From NCBI RefSeq assembly GCF_009914755.1, contig NC_060926.1: a stretch of DNA of 64,000 nucleotides. The stretch is one strand, 5' to 3'. This document shows, piece after piece, positions 1 through 14,680 of the stretch (positions are counted from its first letter, which is position 1; every line of letters starts with the position of its first letter). This DNA is from the human T2T-CHM13v2.0 reference genome, Homo sapiens. Position numbers and translations under genes: made by a program. The notes below the pieces were generated by a model. That model did no database searches. It worked only from the letters and a program-made list of their open reading frames with translations, and was not told the DNA's origin.

Positions 1-967
1 CAAATGATAGTATCTAAACCTGAAGTCTCAACACTGTGCCTTTGAGATATAAACATTCTACCATGTCTTCTCTGGAACCTGATAACTATCTGTCTCTTTA
101 AAATGCAAGTCTAGGGAGATGACTCATCAGAAAAAGAAGAAAAAAGAGGTATTTGGAAATTGTGCAAATTAAAGCAGCCCCTGATGCCAAAGTCTACACA
201 TTCCTGAGTGAGTCAGTTCTGGCCAGTTCTAGCTGGATCAAGAGAGCCCTGCTGGGCAGGCCTGAAGAGCACCTGAATGGCAGACACCTGAGGAGCCAGG
301 TGCCTGAAACTTCCTCCACCTGCCTGAGGAGCACCAAAGCCCAGGCTGGCTAGACAACCCCTTCTGGCTGCCTAAGCAGGTGGCAGAGGAAGGAAACAAG
401 GTCAGAGGCAGAGTGTTGAACCCTGCCTCCCAGGTGGGTGGAAGATGCCTGTCGCCAAACTAGGGCCCAGCTTGCCAGGTGAGGTGGGTGAACTGGTGAT
501 CCCCCGAGAGAGTGGACGTCAGAACTATATGGTCCCAGACTTCACCTCAGCCAGCAAAGGAGAGAGAGGGTTAATGTTAACTGCACGAGGCCCACTCTAG
601 CCTTAAATTCTGTAATGCAAACCCTTCCCTTGGAGACAAAACAAACATGACAAGGAATTCTGAGGTCAGGGGACAAGAACCACAAGTTCCCTAGTGGGAG
701 ACTGAGGAGGCAGTGTCCTTCCTGCCATTGGTCTACTGGCTAAGAACCTTCCTCAGCCTGACCTTTCCACATTGCACTTTCAGCTCTGTTTGCAATTTTC
801 CTCCTTTAGTGCTGAGGGAATCCCAGTGTTTGATCCTGAAATCTATAGGTTCCTAATGGGTGGTTAAAAAAAACCTCAGCGAGAGAAGCAGAAAATGTTT
901 CCTCTTCCTGAAAAACTGTAGAAAGGCAGGCACCATTCTGGGTGAGGACATGGTCCTTGCAAATGTC

Positions 968-1424
<457 letters not shown>

Positions 1425-3738
1425 TGATGGCCCTGCAAGATTTCTTAATCGACTGTGGACCGTGAGAACCTGCATCTCATTTTAATTAAGACAGGAAAAG
1501 AAAGAACAAAAGAGCAACTCCCAGGTTATAGAGAAACTGGATTTTAGTATAATATTCAAGTGTAGCACTGCTAATAATAACAAACCTTTCCCCTCCCAAA
1601 CGGTAAACACTTGCACTGCCTATTATACAAAAATTCAACCACCCCTCTGTTCCCCCCATATCTCCTCCCCAGTGACACCCCCCCCCTCATGTGGCCTCAT
1701 GAGCCTGGCCAGTGGTGAATGGCACTTTCAGGGGCATGAGACTTCACGTGAGTGGGACTCAGCTGGGACCCCTCTCCAGGTGGGAGCCGGAGAAGCTGCC
1801 CTAGTACCAGCTCAAAGTGTCCGTGATGTCCCTGCTGCTGAGGTAGGGGCCGCCTCTGAGCTGGTCTCGGGGTGTGAGCTGCTGCTGGTAGTGGGCTCTG
1901 CCCTGAGGGCCTGGTGGCTGGTCGGAAGGGCAGGCACACATGGGTGCCTCCCCAGGGACCCAGGCCACCTCCCCACCACAGCCCTGCACTGTGTGCTCCA
2001 GGCATGTGCTGAGTGCCTGGTCAATCACCAGTGCCCCATTGATCCCAGTCTCCAGAGAGAGCATTTAGTGTCACTCCACAGAGGGGGAAACTGAGGCCCA
2101 GAGAAGTAAGGTGACTCTCCCCAGTCACAGGGCTGGTCAGCAGTAGGATGGGAGGCTAGTCCCTTGCTCTCTGACTCCCTGAGCCCACCCATAGCCCAAG
2201 GCAGCCAATCTCTGCCCGCCCTGGTTCAGGCCCCGACTGGCCCCTGTGGTGGGTGATGTCTACCTTCCTGGCCTTTGTGCTCCCAGCCAACTGGGATGGA
2301 GCCTCCAGCTGGCATGACAGGTTGTAGCTATGGACAGAAGAGTGGCTGTGAGGCTGCCAGGAATCTCACCAGGGCCCCCTCCCAGGGCCTGTGCAGAGTG
2401 AGGTCTGGGTACCCCAGGCATTGCCAGACCACAGGATCTGATGTTGGCCAAGAGGCCATGGCCACAGGCTTTCTGAGGCTGGCCCCCAGGGAGAGTTCAA
2501 TCCTAGTGTCCCAATTCCTGCCCTGGCCTTACCTCTCAGTCTCACCGAGCTGCTTCATCGTCCCAAACCAGGACCCAAAGTGCTGCTTGGGCTCAAGGTT
2601 GTAATTATTTGCAGCCAACTGGAGCAGCGGACCTCCTTGCTTACTTTGAATTCCTGGGTCCAGAGGGAAAAAGTGGGTGGTGACAGGGACTGGACAGGGA
2701 TGCCACAGGGGCCCTGTGGGGGTGTTAGATGGGGTGGTGGCCAGTCTTTGCTCATAGGGCACCCCCTCCTCCTCTCCAGTCCTGTCCCCACCTGTTCTCA
2801 GAGCTGGCTCAAACAGCAACTCCTCCAGGAAGGTGTCCTTGGTTTCAACCTGGTACTCCCACCTGCACGTCTTCCTGGAGTGTCTCCTCTTTCTCTCTGT
2901 ATCCCCATAAATCTAAGATGAGGGGGATGGATTTGCCCACCGCTACTCACCTTATGACTCTTGTGAGGTTGATCAGTCTCCCCTGGAAGGCCAACAGCTG
3001 AAGTCCATCAGAAAGGGTCCTCTGGCCCAGAGCCAGCCCCTGCCCACCCCTGTCATGCTGCACCCAGGGTGCAAGACCCAGATCAGGTCTGGGTGACAGG
3101 AGGGGGATAGAGGGGCTGAGGCTCAGGGGCCTTCTAGCCTAACTTGTCTGGAGACAGCTGGGGAAACTGAGACCCCAAGCAGGGAGGTATGGCTCCAAGA
3201 GATTATTCTCATTAACCTGAAACATTTTTGCAAGCTGTTAGGTATAGGAAGTCTGTCACAGGTAAGAGAAACGCTTTTTGAGAGCATGAGAGACAGCAGG
3301 GTTGTGATAATATTGAAGCACCACTGTGCAGATTCACCGATTGCCACCACCGGGAGCCCCCCTGAGAGCCATTGCAGATGCACAGCCCTCCCCTGCAACC
3401 CCTGGACCTCCCCATGGTCTGGCACCTAAAGGGTTACGTCTCATGGCAGGAATCAGGGCCCTCAGGATGCCCTGCCCACTCCAAAGTCTGCCTCTGCTCT
3501 GATTGGTCGCTGACATTCAGATTGTCACCCAAATATAAGGACGTTAGCAGAAAGACCCATGCAATACAAGTGGACTCAGACATAGATAGGAATTGGGTTG
3601 CAAAAAGCCCCTTTTGTTTATTTTATTTTGGAAAAAAATTTTATTGTGAAAATTCACATATATATATAAAAAATTCAATCAATACAAAAGGATAGACAAT
3701 GAACAAATGAATTCCCCTTCCACTCCAGATCCCCACCC

Positions 3739-4339
3739 CAGATCCAGACCTCCTGAGCCCACTTTCCCCATCTCATCACAGATCCAGACCTCCTGAGCCC
3801 ACTTTCCCCATCTCATCACAGATCCAGACCTCCTGAGCCCACTTCCCCCATCTCACCACAGATCCAGACCTCTTGAGCCCACTTTCCCGATCTCATCACA
3901 GATCCAGACCTCCTGAGCCCACTTTCCCCATCTCATCACAGATCCAGACCTCCTGAGCCCACTTCCCCCATCTCATCACAGATCCAGACCTCCTGAGCCC
4001 ACTTTCCCCATCTCATCACAGATCCAGACCTCCTGAGCCCACTTCCCCCATCTCATCACAGATCCAGACCTCCTGAGCCCACTTCCCCCATCTCATCACA
4101 GATCCAGACCTCCTGAGCCCACTTCCCCCATCTCATCACAGATCCAGACCTCCTGAGCCCACTTTCCCCATCTCATCACAGATCCAGACCTCCTGAGCCC
4201 ACTTTCCCCATCTCATCACAGATCCAGACCTCCTGAGCCCACTTCCCCCATCTCACCACAGATCCAGACCTCTTGAGCCCACTTTCCCCATCTCATCACA
4301 GATCCAGACCTCCTGAGCCCACTTTCCCGATCTCATCAC
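3739..4339. repeat. Minisatellite/VNTR, 40-bp unit x 15
   Basis: Unit GATCCAGACCTCCTGAGCCCACTT(T/C)CCCCATCTCATCACA starts every 40 nt from 3741 to 4301. Confidence 0.97.
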
Positions 4340-4356
4340 CAGTGATTTCTTGGGCC

Positions 4357-4650
4357 CTGCATTAGTTTTCTATTGCTGCTGCAACAAACAGCTACAGACT
4401 CAGTGGCTTCCATTTCTGTCTTATAGTTCTGATTGCCAAAAGTCCTAAGAGGATCTCACCAGGCTAAAGTCAAGGTGCTGGCGGGGCTGTGTCCCTTCTG
4501 GAGGCTCAAGGAAAGAATCGGGTCCCTGCCTTTTCTAGCTTCTAGGGGCTCCAGCTTCTAGGTTTGTGGCCTCCTTCCTCCATCCTCAAAGCCAGCAACA
4601 GCAGGTGAAGTCCTTGCCCATCGTGCATCACTCTCCCTTCTGCCTCCTTC
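4357..4650 (-). mobile_element. MaLR LTR fragment (MLT1C/D-like)
   Basis: attagttttctattgctgctg...ctaaagtcaaggtgctggc...ttctggaggctc MLT1 hallmarks. Confidence 0.7.
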
Positions 4651-6259
4651 AACTTTTTTTTATATTTAGGGGGAACGAGTACAGGATTCTTACATAGTCA
4701 AAAAGCTCCTTATAGAGAAGCTCGGAACTTTCAATACAGCTTTGCATTTTTTACCATTTTAATTTTCCATTTAATTTAAATGTATTCTCTCATTTGACCT
4801 TCATACTCTGTGGAGAAATATTTCTATTTTGGCTTGTATTGACAAGCTGTTTTCACACAGCCCCCACATCACCCAACCACCCAGCAGAGATCCTCATTCC
4901 CATGAAACAGATAAAGAAATTGAGACCCAGGGAGGCTAAGAGTCCTGGCAGGATCATTCACCTTCCAAGGTAAGGAGCCAGTTCCAGACCTGGGTTTGTG
5001 CAGCTCCAAGCTCCCCCGTCTTTCTACAATGCTAGATTTAGACTATAGCAATCTAGCAAGTGTGGCCACACAATGGTCAAGTTGGATTTAGATGATGTTC
5101 TCTATAAATCCATTCTCCTCTCCCGTGTAAGCAAGGCAAAGTACTCCAGGCCATGGGGAGTCCCTGAAGACTCGATGAACTGCAATGGCCATATCAGGAG
5201 GTTGCAGGTTGACCAGAACTCACCGACACAGCAGGAGAGCAGCTTGGAACCTTCAACCCAGCCAAGACCCAGTGCCTTGGACTGGGGGAGAAAACATGCA
5301 GCCATTCCTCTCTCTCTCTGCTGGCTAGAGGGGATTCTGGCTTTTCCTGCCAGAGCCACCCCTTTCCCTCCTCCTAAAGTTGATGGTGGTTCTTTAAGGA
5401 AAGGGAGAAGTGCACGGTGTGATAGGGCAGGAAGAGAAGAAAACGGAGGAGAAGAGGGGACTTTCCCATAAGCAGGCAGAAGAAACGGCAGCTGTGTTGT
5501 GTGATGGACATGGATGCAGCGGTGTCCAATGTGGGGTCAGCCCTAGAGGAGAGACAGAGAGAGAGACAGACAGTGAGAGAGTCCTGGCCCTTATGATTAA
5601 CATGGGATCTGCCTGCAAATGCTGTTTAGGGCCATCGCCTCTTCCTGTACTGCTATTTTTGAGAGTGATGCTCCTGAGTCCCATGACCCAGTCAAATTTC
5701 ATGTCCCCTTGAGCCAGATTCAGTGCTGGGAGTCCAGTGTGATCTGCCTGGATCTTGCTGCACTGAGAATAGGGCAGATCTTGATCCCAATACAGGGGCT
5801 GGATATGAACAGGCAACAGCTGGGTTTCTGAATCAGAAAGACTTGGTTAATTGCTAATTGCTTAGGTGAGTAATTTAATTTTGTTGAGTCAGATTCCTCA
5901 GCTATAAAATGCAGATGACAATACTTATTCCTCCAGGTTGTGGGGAAAATGGAGACTCTAAGCACGATGTCCATTTCACAGAAAGATACCAATTTGGTGG
6001 CTTATTTTTCTTTCTACCTTCAGAAGTGGCTATCCCTGCCACCCAAACAGACCCTTGACTCTCAAGTGGATGTCCCATTTGCACAGGGGGAGACCTGACA
6101 GCCTACGTTGAGTCTATACTTACCACTTAGTGAGCATTGTATCCACTCAGGGGCCTCTGTGGGCATCCGTCTCCTCTGCAGCATCTTTCCTCCCCACAGC
6201 TGGGTCTGCACATGACCCCCTCCTTGGGTTAGGCCTCTGATCAGTGATGACCTTGGTAT

Positions 6260-6510
6260 GGTGGTGATGGTCAGTCTTGGCATCAAATGAGCCAGTTTAT
6301 ATCATCAGCTATTCAATAAAACACTAATCTAGGTGTCACCGTGAAAGTATTTTGTGACATTGTTATGTACATGTTGTTACAAATGTGCATGATGCATTTA
6401 CTACAGTATAGAATTTTGCCTGGGTGCCAGCCTGAAGTCTGTCTGACAGATCATAGCCATGTTAGTCCAATAGTCACAGGGGCCAATTGATTAAATTATT
6501 TTATCTCCCT
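6260..6510 (+). mobile_element. MLT2 (ERVL) LTR remnant, interrupted by MER4
   Basis: aacactaatctaggtgtcaccgtgaaagtattttgtga MLT2 motif; ERVL internal sequence follows downstream. Confidence 0.55.
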
Positions 6511-7438
6511 TGAGAACTAAAAATGAAACCCTAAGCCCCCCACCCGACTTAACAGACCCCCTGTTGGCCAACGGAACCTCAAATAAATCTTAAAATTCAG
6601 TTCTTGGCCATGACAGGACAGGAGGTCAGACATAACTCCCTGTACCTCTCTCCCTCTTATGGTTTAGACCCAACAACTGAACAGCATTAACGTTAAAATA
6701 GAGATCATGAGACTGACAGAACAGACTCTTTGTGGCAATAAGACCCCAAATTATAAACAGGACCTAGGGCCATGCCAGGCAAGGGTTAAGTCTTGTACCC
6801 TACTCTTAAAGAATAAACTAGATTCTAACTACCACATAGTTTTTATTTTTCTCTAGCAGCCAAGCAAGCACTGGCTATGAGAGAAGCAAGATTAAAACAA
6901 TTACAACTCACCCAGTTCACAGACACTGAGTAACTGATCTCCTGCCCCACCGACCTTAACGACAGCTTTCACTGGACAAGGGACTGATTTCAGTAACTTT
7001 CTCCTGATAAGAGACCATCCTCCATGGACTGGTTCTGGCCAGTTTTAGAGGCTGTGCCTTTACAGAGGCTGAGTACCTTCATTCCCTGCTTCACTTTTTG
7101 ATGTGTAGGGCCTAATTATAACACATTTAAATGTCAAGTCTCCACCCCAGAATGAACATGCATGTTTATTCAATATGCATGTGTTAGGACCTCTTTTATG
7201 AGTATTCTCATAAAATGATATAGCTCCTCTGATATCCTATTGAGTATGTATATGTAGTCAACTCATTCAGCTCAAATTCCTGTCCTCTCCTTCCCTCCCT
7301 GGAAGGGCCTGCCTCTAGCCTTGGCTGTAGGCCACACTTCCCAGCCTGTCATAATGGCCACCTTGCAGGCTGCAAACCTTTATAAGAAATAAAGCTCTCT
7401 TTTCTAAATTTATAAAATTGTGTGATTTTTCAGTTGAT
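6511..7438 (+). mobile_element. MER4-group (MER4D-like) ERV1 solo LTR
   Basis: Start tgagaactaaaaatgaaaccctaagcccccc; AATAAA at 7388; end tgtgatttttcagttga. Confidence 0.75.
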
Positions 7439-7479
7439 GCTCTCTTTCTACACACACACACACACACACACACACAATT

Positions 7480-9840
7480 TATACAGAAAGAAATCTGGAG
7501 AATATATGTGGGAATGGATATTAAGTGTGTGGCACCATGGTGGAAGTAACACAAAGTTGGAGTAGGCTAAATTTATTAATGTTGGCCCACTAAACAGAGA
7601 TTCTGGATTCAGGGTTGTAGGTCAAAGTTTTAGAAAGGGCTCCAAGGGTTGGTTTGATCGGTTACTTGGTTGGTTGGTTGGTTGCTTGCTTGCTTGCTTG
7701 CTTGTTTGGTTGGTTTGTTGCTTGCTTGCTTGTTGGTTGATTGGTTGGCTGTTTGCTTATTTGTTTTGTTACTTGGCTGGTTGGCTGAAACAGAATCAGA
7801 GTTTACCTAAAGTACATAAAGTTGAGATGTCACAACTTCCTTGGTTTATGTGTATAGGAAGGTATGCAAAAACTCAGGGAGACTGGATTTATTATGTCAG
7901 ACCTGCTCACTCACACTGGAGGGTCTACAGAACATACTTCTCACAACGATCATGAGAAAGAATATTGTGAGAGGAGCCCAGTATCCTGGAAGAGCTTTGA
8001 GCTCGTGCTCTCAGTAGGCAAAATGTTACAGCAGAAACTGCAGCCACTGGACTGGGATCTTTAAATAAAATGAGGATAATTGAATCCTGGGGTGGCAGGG
8101 AACATGGGCTGTCCTTAATCACCAAAGATGAGGTGGGTGTGGTCACTACAGTGGAAAGCAGTGTCAAAGCAGCAGTCAGAATGGTTTGACTCACAGAAAC
8201 CCATGGCATTGTGTAGTCCATGGTATCCACAGGGAGAGCTAATGGGCTGTACCAAAGTCTTAGTTGTTTTTTAAAAAATGAAGAATTCTAGGTCAACTGA
8301 ATAAAAGACTAACTCAAATTAATGAAACACAGATCTAAACCCTCAATCAATTCCCAGACTTGAGCCAGTTCACAGGCCCACAACCCCTAAGTGAAGGGGA
8401 GGCTGGGTGATCTTGGGGAAGTACGCTGCTACATTGCCAAAAACTTACATAGTTAATCTTTTTCCCAGTCTTCCCCAAAGGGACCTACAGCCTTCTACCA
8501 GGATGACTGTGACTTAGAGAAAAGAAAATTCTCAGATATTTGGGGAATTCTGGACACTGGCTCTGATTTGACAGGAATTCCCAGAGACCAAAAACATCAC
8601 TGTGGTCCACCAGAGTAGGGACTTATGGAGGTTAGCTGGTGGATGGAGTGTGAGCTCATGTCTGTTTCACAGTGGATCCAATGTGTCCCTGAACCCACCC
8701 TGTGGTTGGAATAGACACATACTCAGCAACTTTCAGCATCCCTACATTTGTTGTTTCACCTACGGACTGAGGACAAGTATGATAGGAAAACCCAGTTATG
8801 AGCCACTAGGACTGGTTTCACCTAGTAAAAGAGTAAACCAAAAGCAAGAGTGCATTGAGTGCTATGTAAATGCTCTCCAAAGGGTGGCCTTGGCAGAGAA
8901 GGATTTCAATAATCAAGCAGATAGGATGACCTGTTCTGTGGACACCACTCAGCCTCTTTCCCCAGCCACCCCTGTCATTGCTCAATGGGCTCATGAATAC
9001 AGTGGCCATGGTGGCAGGGGTGGAGGTGATGCCTGGGCTCTGCAACATGGACTTCCACTCCCAAGGTAACCTGGCTGTGACTCTGAACCACCTCCATCAT
9101 AGAAGAGGCAGTGTCTTGTTCTCACTGAAACAGACACTATGTATGAGAATTTCCCCTCCTACCCTCAATGTTCCTATCACCACTGATAAATTGTACTTCA
9201 TAAAAATCACACTACTGTCTGGACTTACAGAGTGCCTTATCCACCTCATGGTCTCCCACACCAATTGGTTCTCATCATCACTATTACCCCTAGTGACACA
9301 CCAGCAAAATTTTCATTTCCTGTCCCTCAATCTTATGCTCTGCTGGTCTAGAAGTCTTGGTCCCAAAAGGAGGAATGCATCCCCCACGATACAAAGAAAT
9401 GATTCTACTGAACTGGAAGTTAAGATAGTCCCTGTCCACTCTGAGCTCCTCATGCCTCTGAATAGACAGGCAAAGAAGGGAGTTACCGTGCTGGCAGAGG
9501 TGGTTGATCCTGACTACCAAGGGTTAATTGCTTCTACTCCACAGAACTAAGAAATAATACTTCTGGAATACATGGGATCTCCTAGGGTGTCTTCAGTGCT
9601 ACCTACTACCATGCCCTGTGATTAATTTAATGGAAAACTACAACAACCCAATTCGGGCACAGCTGCCAATGGCCCAATTCCTTCAGGAAGGAAAGTTTGG
9701 GTCATTGCCCCATATAAAGAATCAAGACCAACTGAGTTGCTTGCTGAAAGCTAAGGGAATACAGAATGCGTAGTAGAAGAGGGTAGTTATAGTTACTAAC
9801 TAGGAACATGTGACCAGATACAAAAATGAGGACAGTAATT
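7480..9840 (+). mobile_element. ERVL internal remnant (gag, protease, RNaseH/integrase, dUTPase fragments; heavily deleted)
   Basis: ILDTGSDLTGIP protease motif near 8545; AEKDFNNQADRMTCSVDTTQPLSPATPVIAQWAHEYSGHGG in ORF 8602; QAKKGVTVLAEVVDPDYQG in ORF 8978. Confidence 0.88.
7660..7788. repeat. (GGTT/GCTT)n compound simple repeat
   Basis: Directly visible tetramer array. Confidence 0.9.
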
Positions 9841-9844
9841 GTTG

Positions 9845-11492
<1,648 letters not shown>

Positions 11493-11506
11493 AAATAAAG
11501 AGAAGC

Positions 11507-13637
11507 GCCCGGAAGTGCTGCCTTGGAGTCGGTGAGAAGGCGGCCACGGCCAGGCCTGGTGCCTGAAGAGGAGTCGGAGTCGGCGGCTGTAGAGGCTGTG
11601 CGCCACATACATCTGCAGAACTTCTCACGCTCTCTGCTTGAGACCCTCAATGGGCAGAAGCTGGGTGGGCACTTCTGCGACGTGACTGTGTGCATTCATG
11701 AAGCTTCGCTGCGTGCGCACCGCTGCGGGCTGGCAATCGGCTCGCCCTCCTTCCAAGACAAGCTGCTGCTCGGCCCCTCTGAGATCCGTGTGCCTTCGGT
11801 GGTGCCTGTGCAGACGGTGCGACAGCTAGTCGAGCTCCTGTACAGCGGTTCGCTCGTTGTGGCACAGAGTGAAGCCCCGCAGGTACTCATGGCTGCGTCG
11901 GTGCTTCGCATAGACAGTTATCGACGAATGCACGCAGATTATCGCACGCGCTCCTCTGCACCCGCGAGCACCTCTGCACCCGCGCCCCTGCCCACCCCTG
12001 TGCCCCCGCCACTCGCACCTGAGCAGCTGCGTCACCGCCTGCGCCACCTGCTGGCTGCGCACCCCCGGGGCACCCCGGTGCCGCGCACAGCGGTAAGCAG
12101 CGCCGGCCCGCGAGTTTGCAGCTGCCTGCGCCCCCGACACCTGCCAAAGCCGAGGGGCTTGGTGCCTACCCCTCACTGTCCGCGGCCCCTGACGACCGAG
12201 GTGACAACGATGACGAGGAAACTGACGATGAGACCGATGGCGAGGACGGCGAAGGTGGCGGCCCGGGAGAGAGCCAAGCACCTCCTTCCTTCCCAGACTG
12301 TGCTGCCGGCTTCCTCACTGCTGCTGCTGACAGCGCGTGCGAGGAGTTCCATGCACCCACTGGCCTCTCTGACTACAGTGGTGTGGGAGAGATTTTCTTC
12401 CGGGATCTGGGGCAGCTGAGGACGTATTTCCAGACAGCTATGTAACCGCTTGGCACGACAAGGATGGCGCTGTCCCCGAAGGCTGTCCCACCGAGACCCC
12501 TGTCCAGCCCGACTGCATACTGGCTGGACCCCGCCCGCCTGGCGTGAAGACCCCAGGGCCGCCTGTCGCACTCTTCCCCTTTCACTTGGGTGCTCCCGAA
12601 CCACCCGCACCACCCCCTTCAGCACCATCCGTGCCAGCCCCTGCGCCCCCACCCGCCTTCTACCCCACACTCCAGCCCGAGGCAGCCCCCGGCACTCAGC
12701 TGCGGGAGGCCCCGGCTCCCTCTGCTGCTCCCACCACGGCCCCCTCAGGCACCACTGCTCGCACTCCTGGTGCCGAGCCACTTGCCTATGCGTGCGGCCA
12801 CTGTTGCAAGACGTTCAGCTCAAGGAAAAACGACACCAAGCACATGTTCATCCACTCGGGGGAGAAGCCGCACCAGTGCGCCGTGTGATGGCGATCCTTC
12901 TCGCTGCGCTACTGCCGTTTCAAGCACATGGTCACGCACACCTGCGCGCACGCCTTCCAGTGCGCGGTCTACGCCAAGCCCTTCCCGCAGAAGAGTTCGC
13001 TCAATATGCACATGCGCACTCAGCGGCCAGAGCGCGCGCCCTTCCCCCGTCTACCGCAAGGTCTCCTCTCACTGGGCGCTGCTGGAGCACCACCTGGCTG
13101 CGCACCCCGCGCCCTGATGGGGCTGGGGCCTGGTCTCGCCCACTGTGGATCCGCAACCTCCCGCACAGGCGGCCACGCCTGCTTTCCCACCAGTAGGCCA
13201 CGCTCCCTCCTGAGCGCAAGTCCTCTTTCTCCCTTCACCCCTTTCTCCATACGCCCAAGTCCGCCTTACTCCTCTCCTCCATGTACTTGAACCTTCCAGG
13301 TGGTGCTGGGCTGGGGCTGGGCCTGGGACTGGTTAGGGATCGGACCACCTCTGAGAACTAGACCATTTCCGGCCTAAACCAGGCGCTCAGGCCCTTGGAC
13401 CCGGCCCAAGATTTGACTCCGGTTCTCGCCCCGCCCTCTTCTGGGGTTGGGGTGGGGACTGAGGCCGCTCTCCTGCTCCAGTGTCGGGCTGGGCAAGGTC
13501 CCTGGCTCCCTACCCAAGCCATCACTCCCTCATGGGGCTCCTAAGGAGGCTCAAGTGGACCCATCATATATGGGGGCTGGTCCTCGGGACCCTCACTCTA
13601 ATAAAGGAGTGTAGGCCATGGTGCCTAAACAATAAAT
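11507..13637 (+). pseudogene. ZBTB45P2: ZBTB45 processed pseudogene (full length: 5'UTR, BTB, 4 C2H2 fingers, 3'UTR, polyA); P1 vs P2 not resolvable
   Basis: Intronless match to ZBTB45 ([18 protein letters not shown]...EHHLAAHPAP*, stop 13115-13117); start ATG>TCG at 11580; several frameshifts; TGA at 12886-12888; AATAAA 13600-13605; TSD aaataaa(g/t)agaagc at 11493-11506 and 13638-13651. Confidence 0.93.
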
Positions 13638-13714
13638 AAATAAATAGAAGCTCCAGTTCACAGCCCCCATGGGGCCTAAACAAACAAACAAACAAACAAA
13701 TAAATAAAAGCTCT

Positions 13715-14050
13715 AGTTCATAGTCCCCTTATGTTAGGTGTAGTCCTATGACCAGCTTTTGCCAAAGGGAGGCAATGGACTAAGGTGAGCCACTTCCAGA
13801 GCTGGCCCACAAAAGCCTCCAATGCCTTTCTCACACTCTCCCCTTCTACCGATAGATGCAGGTGGGAGGAGGTCCCAGAGATGACGGAGGCACCTGATGG
13901 AAAGATTCTGGGTTCCTGCATGCCCACGCAGAGGAAAGCAGCCTCTACCCTGAACGCCCAGCCAGCAACTTCTGGTGGGCCCAAAATATAATGTGAAGTC
14001 AGTGAAATCTGGGGGAGTCATCTGATATTTCAGCACATGTAACTAATGTA
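13715..14050 (+). mobile_element. Old MaLR (MLT1H/J-like) LTR fragment
   Basis: cctatgaccagcttttgccaa...gagccacttcc...gaaatctggggg motifs. Confidence 0.55.
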
Positions 14051-14071
14051 TCTGCTTAAAAACTTGGCCGG

Positions 14072-14680
<609 letters not shown>

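Noticed and set aside
3739-4339. Regular 40-bp periodic array resembling a CRISPR array
   Set aside because: Units are contiguous with no unique spacers, there are no cas genes, and the context is human; it is a minisatellite.
5394-5816. 140-aa minus-strand ORF in the presumed lncRNA
   Set aside because: No recognisable domain, runs through a (GA)-rich simple repeat and lacks clear splice support; cannot be supported as a CDS.
11523-13290. ZBTB45-like ORFs as a functional gene
   Set aside because: No ATG, multiple frameshifts, premature TGA, mutated finger cysteines, intronless with poly(A) and TSD.
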